Source: Alphaproteobacteria bacterium
Lineage (GTDB): Bacteria > Pseudomonadota > Alphaproteobacteria > MPNO01 > UBA830
Direction of reading: 5' to 3'
Assembly: GCA_965243135.1 (NCBI GenBank)
Contig: OZ251539.1
Coordinates: 4,000,001 to 4,064,000 of the forward strand
Length of the DNA stretch: 64,000 bases
Part shown: positions 51,323 to 61,760 of the stretch, one piece after another
Layout: the number at the start of each line of letters is the position of its first letter
How positions within the stretch are numbered: the first letter of the stretch is position 1
Notes under the pieces: generated by a model
Told to the model about the DNA's origin: nothing
Seen by the model: only the letters and a program-made list of their open reading frames with translations
Database searches by the model: none
Made by a program: the position numbers and the translations under genes

Positions 51323-51519
51323 TTAGTGCCCGCCGCCCGGCCGGCGCCCCGCGGTCCGCTCCGCCCGCCTGCAAGGGTCGCGCAGGCGGGCGACTGCGAA
51401 ACAAAAACGGGCTGTTGCTCCGGCGTCGCGCGGCAAACTCGGGCCGGGCCGTTACGCGGACATGCGGCGGTGGAGCGGCTTGGATCGGAATCTGCGAAAA
51501 CGGCTTTCTCGGCGTGGCG

Positions 51520-51590
51520 AATTCGCAGTTTTCCGTACCCGAGGAAAGAAAATTCCGCGTCCCTGAAATACAATTGTATTTCAGGGCGTT
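51520..51590. repeat. Dispersed repeat with 26-bp perfect palindrome; inverted partner at 59434-59502
   Basis: AATTCGCAGTTTTCCGTACCCGAGGAAA (28 bp identical to the reverse complement of 59475-59502); CCCTGAAATACAATTGTATTTCAGGG at 51561-51586. Confidence 0.8.
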
Positions 51591-51629
51591 ATGAACAACG
51601 CAAGAGTCTCGGCGACGGCGGTCGCCGCT

Positions 51630-51836
51630 CCGCTCGCGAGGCCGCAACTCATTGATGACCACGCCCCCGCGCTCGGAAAACGGACGAAAGCCGATTCGCC
51701 GCCCGGACTGCCTCGCGCATCGAGGGGCGGCGATCGTCGCGACAGGTCCGACGCAACGGCGCTGGTTTGCTTCGCTCCTCGCGATTTCCTTGACGGCGAT
51801 GAGCAGATCGTCGTCGATGCTCGCAGTGGTTGCATG
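51630..51836 (-). pseudogene. Degenerate ribbon-helix-helix (VapB/CopG-like) antitoxin
   Basis: Across frames: SIDDDLLIAVKEIARSE ... AVASDLSRRS ... GFRPFSERGGVVINEL; no toxin follows. Confidence 0.6.
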
Positions 51837-52275
51837 ATGCAGTCGCCGACGCCCATGACGCAAAGACGTCGCGCCGTCGAATTCCGCCGCGCGTGCGTCG
51901 CCGGAAAAGCTGGCGAAGCCGCGAGAAGGAGGCGACCCGAAGCGCGCCGCGACGGATTCGACGATCGTTCCGAAACCCGCGCCGACATCCGGGCCCCGAA
52001 GTTGGCCTCGACGTGCAGGCCGACCACCCGCCCGGAGCGCGGGCGGCCGCTCGGTCCGGTCGAACCTGTTCGTCCGCTTCCGAAACCCGTGCGGACAAGG
52101 GCGGACGCCGCGGCGGTTCCGAAAGGGCGAGCCAGGTTCGCCTTCTGGAATCGGACCTTCCGTATTCTTTCCGCAAGCGCCGCGCCTCCGAATGCCTGAA
52201 GCCGCCCGGCCCCGGGGTTCCGGACGGGCGGACATGTTGTATCATTCCGCCCTAAGCAAGTCGGAGGATCATCTC

Positions 52276-53712
52276 ATGTCCTACGCAGGGCCGGCCATCG
52301 ATTTGGCCGACCGTATCGACGATCGTGCGGAAACCGAACGCGAATTCCGCGTTCATCGCTCGGTGTTCGAAGACCGCGCGCTGTTCGACGCGGAAATGGA
52401 ATTCTGCTTCGAGCGCATGTGGAACTTCCTGTGCCACGAAAGCCAGATCCCCGACCCCGGCGATTATTGGGCCACGCATATCGGCACGCAGCCGGTATTC
52501 GTCCATCGACAGGAGAACGGCGCGCTCAAGGCTTTCGTCAACGCCTGCTCGCACCGCGGCGCCGTCCTCACGCCGTTCCGCAGCGGCAACGCGAAGACCC
52601 TCACCTGCCGCTTCCACGGGTGGAGCTACCGGTGCAGCGGAGAATGCATCGGCATCAAGAACGAGGAAGGCGGTTACGGCGCCGGCTTCGACCGCGCGCG
52701 CTACGATCTCACCCCGATCGCGAAAGTCGAAGAATATCGGGGTTTCGTTTTCGGCGCGTTGACGGACGAGGTTCCGGACCTCCGGGATCACCTGGGCGAA
52801 GCCAGGTTCTTCATCGACCTCTTCGCCGACCAGTCGCCCGACGGCCTCGAGATCGTGCGCGGATCGCAAACCTACGTTTGCGACCACGACTGGAAGGTGC
52901 AGGCGGACAACGTGACCGACGGCTATCACGTCTCCACGGTCCATCGAAACTTCATGAACACCATCCTCGCCCGCGAGGCCCGCGAACGGCCCGAAGGCCT
53001 GCTTCGCACCGAAGTCGGACGGATCAAGGGCGGCGTTCGGAACGGGCAATACTATCTGGGCAACGGCCACATGTGCATCTGGGCGGATCGCGCGAGTCCC
53101 GAGGGCGCGCCGCTGGCCCCGGCGACCGAATGGATAGAACGGGAGTTCGGCGCGGTCAGGGCGCAGTGGATGCTGCGGCGCGGACGCAATGTCCTCGTGT
53201 TTCCGAACCTCGTGCTTAACGATCTCGCCTCGACCCACCTGCGCACGCATCGCCCTCTGGAGCCCGGTCGATGCGAAGTGACCATATGGTGCATCGCCCC
53301 GAAGGGAGAACCGGAAGAAGCGCGCTTCGCCCGGCTAAGGAAGTTCGAGGACTTCTTTCTCGTCTCGGGCCTCTCCACGTCGGACGACGTCGTGTCTCTC
53401 GACACCGCCCAGGAAGGATTTCGCGGCCCTGAAACCGGCTGGAACAGTTACGATCGGGGACTCGGAACCCTGAAATCGGGTCCTGACGACGAGGCTTCCC
53501 GGGCGGGAATCGATCCGGTCTCCCATTGCGGAAGCTGGGATTACGAAGGCTGCTTCGTCGGTTGGTACCGCCATTGGCGCGAGCTGCTGGAGGAAGGTTC
53601 GAGGCGGCAGGAAGCAACCCGCCTGCGGGGCGCGTCCAGAAAGCGACCGTCCGAGACGCTGCAGCGGTCGGCCGGCGGAAAGGAACCGGCGATTCCCGTT
53701 CGACCGGCCTGA
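52276..53712 (+). CDS. Aromatic ring-hydroxylating Rieske oxygenase alpha subunit (benzoate/anthranilate dioxygenase-like)
   Basis: Rieske CSHRG...CRFHGW; mononuclear iron DGYHVSTVH; NVLVFPN; RBS GGAGGA. Confidence 0.92.
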   Translation: MSYAGPAIDLADRIDDRAETEREFRVHRSVFEDRALFDAEMEFCFERMWNFLCHESQIPDPGDYWATHIGTQPVFVHRQENGALKAFVNACSHRGAVLTPFRSGNAKTLTCRFHGWSYRCSGECIGIKNEEGGYGAGFDRARYDLTPIAKVEEYRGFVFGALTDEVPDLRDHLGEARFFIDLFADQSPDGLEIVRGSQTYVCDHDWKVQADNVTDGYHVSTVHRNFMNTILAREARERPEGLLRTEVGRIKGGVRNGQYYLGNGHMCIWADRASPEGAPLAPATEWIEREFGAVRAQWMLRRGRNVLVFPNLVLNDLASTHLRTHRPLEPGRCEVTIWCIAPKGEPEEARFARLRKFEDFFLVSGLSTSDDVVSLDTAQEGFRGPETGWNSYDRGLGTLKSGPDDEASRAGIDPVSHCGSWDYEGCFVGWYRHWRELLEEGSRRQEATRLRGASRKRPSETLQRSAGGKEPAIPVRPA

Positions 53713-54099
53713 CCCTCGCTCCCCGTCAACGCGAAGATGCCCGTTCCTTGCGCGGCGCTGCGGGAGGTCGCCGAACGACCTGCGGTCCCGGCGCGCCGCG
53801 GCGGTCTTGCGCGCCGGAACCCGGAACGTCGACATGCCGGAATCCGGCGGAGCGACGGTGCGGCGGAAAGACAGAACGCGGATCTGCCGCCCGGCCCTCT
53901 CGGCGGTTCGCCCAAGAGCGAAAAATAGGAGTATCCGTTTTCGTCGCGATGCTGGTTGTGTTGGCCGTCGCGCTCGTCTTCATGGGCGTGAAGACGGTGC
54001 CGCCCGGAAGTTCCCGGAGCCAGCTCCGCCGCCGGGACCGCGCGCGACCGCGCCGCAAGTCCCGGGGCAGCGAGGTGTAGTGCAGTGTAGTTCAGCGCC

Positions 54100-54290
54100 G
54101 TTCGGCGGGCCCCATGACGGCGATTCGTCGCCGCTCGCATGATCGCCGGTCTCGGCAAGACGGCCGGAGTCGTCGATAGCCGTCGGCAGCGCTTCGAGGC
54201 GTGCCGACGTATCCGCCTTCCGCACGCCTTGAGGCAACAACGTCGCCCGCTGTCGTTTCAGCTTCTGGTCCCGGCTGGACCGGCCATGCC
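54100..54290 (-). pseudogene. Degenerate C-terminal fragment of an Rpn-family gene
   Basis: QKLKRQRATLL..VRKADTSARLEALPTAIDDSGRLAETGDH aligns by eye with the C-terminus encoded at 60855-61020. Confidence 0.7.
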
Positions 54291-54449
54291 CTCGGCACGG
54301 CTCTTGTCGACGTCCAGCCCCCAACAACGATCCCCCGACTCCTCGGTGTCCTTGCCTTCGGTTTCGTTACGCCTCGTCAGCCGCTCGTCCACCGCACCAT
54401 CTCCGCGGCAAGCGCGTTCATTCTTTGCGGTCAAGTCGGGGGCATGGCG

Positions 54450-54961
54450 CCAAGTTGCGATTCACGGCAAGCGGAATGGCGCGGCTTCCAGAGTCTGGCC
54501 TCCGAAGAGTTGACCGTCATCAGGACCACGCGAGCCGGCCGATCTTGCCCCCATATCCGCAATACGAGATCATCGACGCGGATCCTGGCGGCGAAACTCC
54601 AGACCCGCATGCCCGCATAGCCTGCAGGCGGTCAGCCAAAGCCCGCGACGCGGGGACCGAGCCGGCAAGCATTTCCGCCTCCCACGCAGGACAGGCGAGG
54701 TCGCTCATGCTCAGCGCCCGGTGTCGCGCTTCGTCCAGGCTATAGGTTCGACCTCGACCTCGTAGGCGCAAAGGGCAAGCGGTCCGTCGGCCCAGCGGCT
54801 TTGCCTCGCGTATGGCCGTCCGAGCGAGGTGGCCGGAACGCCACGCCGGTTGAAACGCCCGCCGTGACGGCGCGCCCTCGCCGGAAAGCGGCGTCCAGGA
54901 CCAGTGCGCGCCCGGTAAACCAGCCCTTGGAACCGCGTCAGGAGAGTGCGGGATCAGGCAT
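54450..54961 (-). pseudogene. RES-domain toxin, frameshifted
   Basis: Across frames: RFQGLVYRA, WSWTPLSGEGA, HGGRFNRRGVPA, DLACPAWEAEMLAGSVPASRALADRL; overlaps the antitoxin stop; 3' end approximate. Confidence 0.72.
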
Positions 54962-55304
54962 AGCCGCCCGCCATGACCCGGTCGAGATAGGCATGGACCT
55001 GGTCGGCCTTGCCCTCGCGCAGCAACAGATCCGGCGTGGCGCCGCCGAAACCCGGCAGCGGCTCCGCCCGGAACCAGGCATAGGCGGCGAGCGGCGATCC
55101 AGTCTCCGCTTCGACGCGGTTCAGGATTTCCAGCATCTGACGTAGGAGAACCTGGGTCTTGCGCGCCCGGATGCGCGATGCGCGCGAGAACGCGTCACGG
55201 CCAAGACCCAGAGTGCCGGCGATTTCGGACTTGGTGGTGCGCAACGCCTCGGCGATGAGCGCGGGGGAGAGTACCTCATCCTCGACGAATTTCTGGAACC
55301 GCAT
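54954..55304 (-). CDS. Xre/MbcA/ParS-like antitoxin
   Basis: TTKSEIAGTLGL; AYAWFRAEPLPGFGGATPDLLLREG; RBS AGGAG. Confidence 0.85.
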   Translation of the reverse strand: MRFQKFVEDEVLSPALIAEALRTTKSEIAGTLGLGRDAFSRASRIRARKTQVLLRQMLEILNRVEAETGSPLAAYAWFRAEPLPGFGGATPDLLLREGKADQVHAYLDRVMAGGYA

Positions 55305-55882
55305 GCTCGCTCCTCATGGTTATTGACGTAATATGGGGCAATGAAGGGTGTGATGCGACGCAACCCGTGACGCAAGAGTTCCCGAGTAGCGAATTCTACG
55401 GCCTCCATCGACGGGAAGCAGGCGGCGGCGGTCGAAGTTCGCGACCGGTGTCCTCGGCGCGCGGTCGCGCAGGGTTCCGGCAACCCGACTGACGGTCGTC
55501 GGCGAAACCGGTCAGCCGGCCGGCAGGATCCAGCCAACCTTGCGGGTGGACTGCGCCGAGGCGAAAAAGGTCCGCGACCTGGCGGCGCCGACAGAACGAT
55601 CTTTTCGGCACCATGCGCAAGGTGCGAATCCGAACTCTCGAAGACGGACGCGCCGCCTCCGGATTCTGCTCGCGGAACTCGGCGCCGTCGACGGAAACGC
55701 AGGCCGTGCGGCCGGAACGTCGTCGGGCGGGTCTTGAGACCAAACGCGATGCCGGACAGCGCCGCGCTCTGCTGAAAACCATCGGAGCCTGCGCGTAGAC
55801 GGACAGCGGCATCGTTTGTTGAAGCGAACTGAAATTGCGGCGGTCCTTTGCTTTTCAGCGCCAGGAAGCCGTAAGCGCCAGA

Positions 55883-56385
55883 CCTGCCGGTCCCCCACAA
55901 AGGTTTTGCTGAACTCCGGCCGACCGATTCGCTACGGTGCCCAGCATGGAGTTCCAGAATCAGGTTCGGCAAAGCCTCCGGGATGATTTTGCACGCTTGC
56001 AGGGGTTGCTGGCGAACGAGGTCTTCGCTCGCCGCGGCGAGGCCGCGTGTGCGAAGCATTTCGGAACGGGCTTGGCCGCCTGCAGCGAGCGGGCTGTTTG
56101 AAGGCGTTGGCGGAGTTCGAGGCGGCGGGACGGATTTCGCTGCCGTCGCCGACGCGGGGAGGCGTGCGGCGTCCGCGGCGCCTTGCGGAGCCGGTTCCTC
56201 CGCCGAAGAGCGTGCCGAAGGATGTCGGTCGAGGGTCTGGAGTTGGTGCCAGTGACGGGCATCGCCGGGTATGGAACACGATGCTGGAGGAGGAGCGCGG
56301 CGGCGGGCCGTTGGTCGGTTGTCAGTTGCGTTGTGGGGTCGGCTCATGGCTGGCTGGGGGCTGTCGGGTTCGCGGCGGCGCAAGG
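55883..56385 (+). pseudogene. Truncated remnant of a DUF4338/IS4 element related to 18330-20731
   Basis: AGCLKALAEFEAAGRISLP, AEPVPPP, VWN, LVGCQLR, GSAHGWLGAVGFAAA parallel the 18395 ORF; boundaries approximate. Confidence 0.7.
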
Positions 56386-56693
56386 GCGCACTGCCCGCTA
56401 TCAACTCCGACGCGCAGGGCGCGGGCCGCTGCAGCCCGGCGACAGCCTTGCCGGCTGCGCGGGCGAAGCCGAACCCCGGCGAGCAGCCTGCCGTTTGGCT
56501 AACGACGATCCCCCAACTCCCCCTCGAACGACTTCAGCTTCTTCAGCGCCTCGTCGGTCACTTCCCCCCAATGCCGTCGCGCAGGAAAGCAAGACGCGAC
56601 CATTGCGCAAAGACGAAACCAGGCGCCGCGTCGGGAGAACCTCCGAGGCTCTTGAACCGGCACGGGGACGTCCTCCCGGCGCTGGCTGGCGGT

Positions 56694-58241
56694 TCAGACG
56701 GTCTCGAACTCGAACCCGACGATGTTGCGTTCTTCCCGGCCGAACTCGATCCCGATCAGGTGGACCGGCACGCCCGGACGCCGGTACTTGTCCGCGTAGC
56801 CGCGCTCCCGAATCTGCGCCAGCGCCCGGCCTTGCGGCTTCCCGTCCGCGACCTTGAACTCGAACAGGTAGACGCCGCCGCCGTACAGGACCGCCAGGTC
56901 CGAGCGGCCGCGCGCCGTGCTCTCCTCCGCGCGGACCTCCATCCCCGCCGCCACGAAGTGCGAGTAGAACACGCTCGCGTAGTGCGCTTCGTAGCCCGCC
57001 ATGCCCGTGTTCGCGTACCACTCGTTCGGGATGCTCGCCAGGAACGCCCGGAACAGCCGCTCGAGGCCCGCGAAGTCGTTCGCCCGCATCAGGCGGCGCA
57101 ACTCCCGGCTCCCCGCCGCGACCGCGACGTCCGGCGCCATCGCCTCCAGCAGGAGCGCGTTCAGGCTGCGCTTCACCTCATGGTTCGGGTAGTCCAGCCG
57201 GTAAAGAAGCGCGTCGTCGTCCAGTTCCTCGTCGGCGATGGTCAGATAGCCGGTCTGGAACAGCAGCGCCTCGACGGGGATGCGGTCGATGTCGATGGCC
57301 GACAGCAACGCGTCGTCCGCGATCATGCCCTCCAGGGCCGGCGCCGCGACCCCGCGCCGCGACAGAAGGTCGGCGAGGAAGGTCGGCGTGCCGGTCCGGA
57401 ACCAGTGCGCCTCGAACTGGCGGCGCCGGAAAAGCAGCAGGACATCGTACGGGTTGTAGAGTTTCTCCGCGCCTCGCCAGTTGTAGCCGTTGTACCAGCG
57501 GCGGACCTTGTCCCGGTCAAGGCCCTCGAGTTCCGGGGCGAAGACCGCGTCCAGTTCCACGTCCGTGTAGCCGCAGATGGACGAGAACTCCGGCTCCAGC
57601 GTAATGTCGATCAGGTTGTTCAGGCCCGAGAACAGGCCCGCCTGCGAGAACTTGCTCACCCCCGTCAGGAAAACGAAACGGAGCTGCTCGTCGCAGGCCT
57701 TGATAACCCCGTACAGGCTGCGCAGGAAGTCGCGGTTGGCCAGCGCCAGTTCCCGGTCGCCGAGCGCGTCCAGGATCGGCTTGTCGTATTCGTCCACCAG
57801 AACGACCGCCCGCCGCCCGGTGCGCTCGTGCAGGGCCTCGATCAACTCGTGGAAACGAACCGCCGCCCCGGCGGGGCCCGGTTCGAGGCCGGCGCGCCTC
57901 TCCGTCGCCGCCAGTTGCCGCTCCACGGTGCCCCGAACTCCGTCCGGAGTGTCGAAACGGCCCACGCCGCTGAAATCCAGCCGCACGACCGGATGGCGGG
58001 CCGACCAGTCCCACTTGCCGTGCACGGCGAGGCCCCGGAACAACTCCTCGCTTCCCTCGAACAGCTTCTGCAGCGTGTCCACCAGCAGGCTCTTGCCGAA
58101 CCGGCGCGGACGCGACAGGAAATAGTACTTGCCCCTCTCGACGAGGCGGCGCAAAAGGTCCGTCTTGTCGACGTAGTAGCAGTCCATCCTCCGGATCTCC
58201 CGGAGGGAAGTCATCCCGGTCGGAAGCATGCGTTTTTCCAT
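56694..58241 (-). CDS. AAA-ATPase-like + PD-(D/E)XK nuclease protein, copy 3
   Basis: Same motifs as copies 1 and 2; promoter TTGACC-18nt-TATTCT-6nt-ATG. Confidence 0.92.
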   Translation of the reverse strand: MEKRMLPTGMTSLREIRRMDCYYVDKTDLLRRLVERGKYYFLSRPRRFGKSLLVDTLQKLFEGSEELFRGLAVHGKWDWSARHPVVRLDFSGVGRFDTPDGVRGTVERQLAATERRAGLEPGPAGAAVRFHELIEALHERTGRRAVVLVDEYDKPILDALGDRELALANRDFLRSLYGVIKACDEQLRFVFLTGVSKFSQAGLFSGLNNLIDITLEPEFSSICGYTDVELDAVFAPELEGLDRDKVRRWYNGYNWRGAEKLYNPYDVLLLFRRRQFEAHWFRTGTPTFLADLLSRRGVAAPALEGMIADDALLSAIDIDRIPVEALLFQTGYLTIADEELDDDALLYRLDYPNHEVKRSLNALLLEAMAPDVAVAAGSRELRRLMRANDFAGLERLFRAFLASIPNEWYANTGMAGYEAHYASVFYSHFVAAGMEVRAEESTARGRSDLAVLYGGGVYLFEFKVADGKPQGRALAQIRERGYADKYRRPGVPVHLIGIEFGREERNIVGFEFETV

Positions 58242-58643
58242 CCGGTCAGAATAGGCTGCCGCAACGGAAACGGTCAATTGGTTCGGTGTGGAGGGCCCGG
58301 CGGGCAGCGGGGTCGAATGCCCGAACGCGTTCCGCGAGCATCCATGACGCGCGTGAATTCCGTCGGCGGCCGGGTGTCGAGGAAAACGCGCAGAAGAATT
58401 GCCGGCGAAGCGGCGTCGCCCCGCCGGTCTTGCCGCCCCAGGGAAAAGCCGTTCGTTCCCGCGGAAATTCGAGGATGCGATCGTACGTTCGGAATGAACT
58501 CCGAAACAGTCGGGCCAACGGTCCGACGCGCAAGGCGTTCGGAACGGATTTCGCCCGGGCGGCCCGTGCGCTTTCCGCGAGCTATGTTGATGCGGTGCGG
58601 CGAAGATGCGAAACTCGCGGCCTTAACGGCAGGAGATCCCGTT

Positions 58644-59201
58644 ATGGCCAGCGACACGGTCACCATCAAGAAATACGCCAACCGCCGCCTTTACAACACT
58701 TCCACAAGCTCTTACGTCACGCTCGAAGATCTCGCCCAAATGGTGAAAGACGATATCGAATTCATCGTGCGCGACGCCAAAACCGGCGAAGACATCACCC
58801 GTTCGGTACTCACCCAGATCATCGTCGAACAGGAAGCCAAGGGACACCATCTGCTGCCGACCGGCTTCCTGCGCCAGCTCATCGGCTTCTACGGAGACAA
58901 TCTGCAGGGACTGCTGCCGCAATATCTCGATATGACCATGCAGTCCTTCGCCCGCAACCAAGAACAGATGCGCGGTTACATGGAGGACGCGCTCGGCGGT
59001 TCGTTCTCTTCGCTCGAGGAAATCGGCCGCAAGAACATGGCTATCTTCGAACAGGCGATGAGCATGATGACGCCTTTCGGCGCAAGATCCGCCCCGGCAT
59101 CTTCCGGAGATTCCTCGGCTGAAGCCCTCGAAGCGCTCAAATCGCAGATGGAATCGATGCAAAAGCAGCTGGATTCGCTTTTCGCGGCGCAAAAGCACTG
59201 A
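58644..59201 (+). CDS. phaR: Polyhydroxyalkanoate synthesis repressor PhaR
   Basis: IKKYANRRLYNTSTSSYVTL, DAKTGEDITRSVLTQII, FLRQLIGFYG. Confidence 0.95.
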   Translation: MASDTVTIKKYANRRLYNTSTSSYVTLEDLAQMVKDDIEFIVRDAKTGEDITRSVLTQIIVEQEAKGHHLLPTGFLRQLIGFYGDNLQGLLPQYLDMTMQSFARNQEQMRGYMEDALGGSFSSLEEIGRKNMAIFEQAMSMMTPFGARSAPASSGDSSAEALEALKSQMESMQKQLDSLFAAQKH

Positions 59202-59433
59202 AGTGCGATGCATCGATCTGGTTGAATCCTTTGGGTGGAGTTTGAGAAAAGTTTTTCGTAGACTTTTCCGGGTGATTCGGTGCGATTTGTCCTTGGATGA
59301 AGGAATTTCCTGATGTCGCCGTGACTTGTCCAGTGGTAACTTCGGCTTCTCGGCGCACCTTCCGGGAGTGTGGGCCGCCTTGGCGGGAATTTCTGCACCG
59401 TTGCCGACAGTGTGAGTCGCGTGCGCTGTCCGC

Positions 59434-59502
59434 AACGCCTTGAAATGCGGACAACTTTCAGGAGTACCGAATTTTTTCCTCGGGTACGGAAAACTGCGAA
59501 TT
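59434..59502. repeat. Inverted partner of the 51520-51590 repeat
   Basis: 28-bp identity plus a similar CCTGAAA...ATTTCAAGGCGTT arm. Confidence 0.8.
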
Positions 59503-60048
59503 TTCCGCGCCGGGACCGCGATTTTCGCAGATTCGACCCCACGGCCGGCCGGGCGCCGCCCCTGGCCGCCTGCGTTCAGGCCACGGCCCGGCTTGCACCG
59601 GGTTCGCGGTGCGGCAACACTCGCCTTCGTTGTGTAACTACTCTGAGCCGTAGGCCATAGAAACCCGTTCCGCGAGATTTTTTCGCGGCGGCGCTTGCCG
59701 TTCGAGAGGAGCGTGACGCTGAGGGCTGTCCCGTCTGTCTTCGCGCCGTGACGCCCGAACGCGGAACGGTTATGTCGGCGAGCGGCGCGACGCCGGCAAA
59801 ACCACCAGTTGCACGGGGCGAGCAGGCCATGAGAGTTTATTCTGAAGACTGAGCACCCGCGAGGCCCTTGCGGCCCGTCGGCGGGGTGTTCCAGGGACCG
59901 GGCGGCGTCGGCCGGGCGGCGGGCCGACAAAAATGGCGCGGCGCAACCACCTCGTTTCCTCTTGAATATTTCATAAGTGGATTATAAGTTCGTCTTATAG
60001 ATTGACTGTCGGCATGCGCGCCCCGCCGACCGGAGAGGAGACGGAACG

Positions 60049-61057
60049 ATGAGCGACGACGCCAAGTACAAGTCCCTGTTCAGCCATCCTCGGGTGTGCC
60101 GCGACCTGCTGCGCAGCATCGTTTCGAAAGAACTGGCCGACCGGCTCGACTTCGACACCCTGCAGGCGATGCCGACGGAGTTCGTGGACGCCCGGCTGGG
60201 GCAGCAGCGCAGCGACATGGTCTGGCGCGTGAACTTCCGCGAGGGAGGAGGCGAACTCTACGTCGTCGTCCTGACGGAGTTCCAGTCGACGGTCGACCAG
60301 GACATGCCGCTGCGCATGGTCAAGTACACGTCGCAAATATACACGGAGCTGCGGAAGGAGAAGCGGTCGCCCGGCGAGAAGCTGCCGCCGGTGGTGCCGG
60401 TGGTGGTCTACAGCGGGGAGGCGCGGTGGTCGGCACCGCGGGAGGGAGATGGTCGGGCCGGTCGACGAGGAGCTTGAGCCGTACCAACTGCAACGCTACT
60501 TTCTGCTTGACCTTCGCCGGCTGGGCGTCGAGGATGCGATGCCGGACAACGTGCTGTACGCGCAGGCGTTGGTCGAACAAGGCCGGTGGGAGGATCTGCG
60601 GCCGGCGCTGTCGGCGTTGCAGGAGGCGACCGATCCGGAGGCGGACGTGCAGCTTCGCAGCCTGTTTGCGGCGTTGGTGCGTCAGGCGGCGGAAGGCAGC
60701 GGGCAGGTGAGCGGCGAGACGCTGAAGAAGCTGAAGTCGTTCGAGGAGACAGGGGAGTTGGGAGAGATGGGATCGTTGTTGGCCAAACGGATGGATCAGG
60801 CTGTCGACGAGAGTCGGGCCGAAGGCAGGGAGCTGGGGCTGACCGAGGGCAGGGAGCAAGGGCTGGAACGACAGCGGGCGATCTTGTTGCGTCTGGCGGC
60901 GCGGAAGTTCGATGCGGGCACGGCGACGCGCCTCGAGGCGCTGCTGGCCGCGATCGACGATCCCGACCGTCTTGCCGTGCTCGGCGATCACGTGATCGAC
61001 AGCGACGACGGCGAGGAGTTGCTGTCGCGCGTGACGGGCGCCCTCAGACTGCACTGA
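60049..61057 (+). pseudogene. Rpn/YhgA-like recombination-promoting nuclease (putative transposase), one frameshift near 60445
   Basis: DAKYKSLFSHP, SDMVWRV, EFQSTVD, LRMVKY, LPPVVPVVVYSG; C-terminal EGREQGLE repeats. Confidence 0.85.
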
Positions 61058-61272
61058 GCCGCGCCTCGCCCCCGGAGCTTGCGGCGCGGTCGCGCCCGGC
61101 GGCGGAGCGAAGCTGCCGGTCCCCGCCCCGGCGCTCTTCCGGCTGAACATGCCCGCGGCAGCCGGAGAACGGACCCGGAAGCAGGCGCGAAAAAGGGCGC
61201 AGCGCAAACGCCCCGGTGTGGACTTGGGTTCGTGTCGGGCTAAAATGTAGCCTGATCACGAAGGGGCCGGCC

Positions 61273-61521
61273 ATGAGCACTGTCGTTCGCGCACGCATCG
61301 ATGAAAACCAAGGAAGACGCCGCCGCCGTGCTGAGCGCGATCGGCCTCACGGTGTCCGATGCCTTCCGCCTGATGATGGTGCGGATCGCCGCCGAGAGAC
61401 GGCTACCATTCGAACCCTTGGCGCCCAACGACGAGACGATCGAAGCCATGAAACCGCCCGGCGCGGTGAATTGGTCGACGTGGGCGGCGTGGACGAGTTG
61501 ATGGCCGACGTGGACGATTAG
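61273..61521 (+). pseudogene. RelB/DinJ antitoxin, frameshifted
   Basis: VVRARIDE / KEDAAAVLSAIGLTVSDAFRLMMVRIAAERRLPFEPLAPNDETIEAM / ARRGEL. Confidence 0.85.
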
Positions 61522-61760
61522 GCGGACTGCGGCCTTCAAGCGAGACAACAAACGCGAAATCAGGGGCCGACACGCCAAGACCCTCCCCGAGGAGGCCGTT
61601 GTGGCCGGGCCGACCGGGTTCTGTCGCAGCGTCATCACGACCATGCCCTGACCGTGGAAGGATCGCCGCGACTGCCACATTCGGCCCGATATGCTTCTGC
61701 CGTAAGCCGGATGCTGACCATCTGGTGCGCTTGGGCTCTCACAGCGAACTTGGTTTTTAA
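61515..61760 (+). pseudogene. YafQ-family toxin, degenerate
   Basis: AFKRDNKRE, HHDHALT, WKDRRDCHIRPD, VRLGSHSELGF across frames. Confidence 0.8.

Larger units (their letters stand above)
44641..51421. repeat. Tandem triplication: autotransporter 3' end + spacer + coiled-coil gene
   Basis: Units at about 44641-45688, 45689-46958 and 46959-51421 (third interrupted by intron and IS); GGYVAAM.ADDKPVHAVAARL.IDF-coding DNA ends at 44835, 45883 and 47117. Confidence 0.9.

Noticed and set aside
56271-59201. 976-aa ORF and similar long antisense ORFs (e.g. 18768-21383, 27791-30283, 62096-63994)
   Set aside because: These are shadow frames of real opposite-strand genes in high-GC DNA; only the PhaR part and the AAA fragment are supported.
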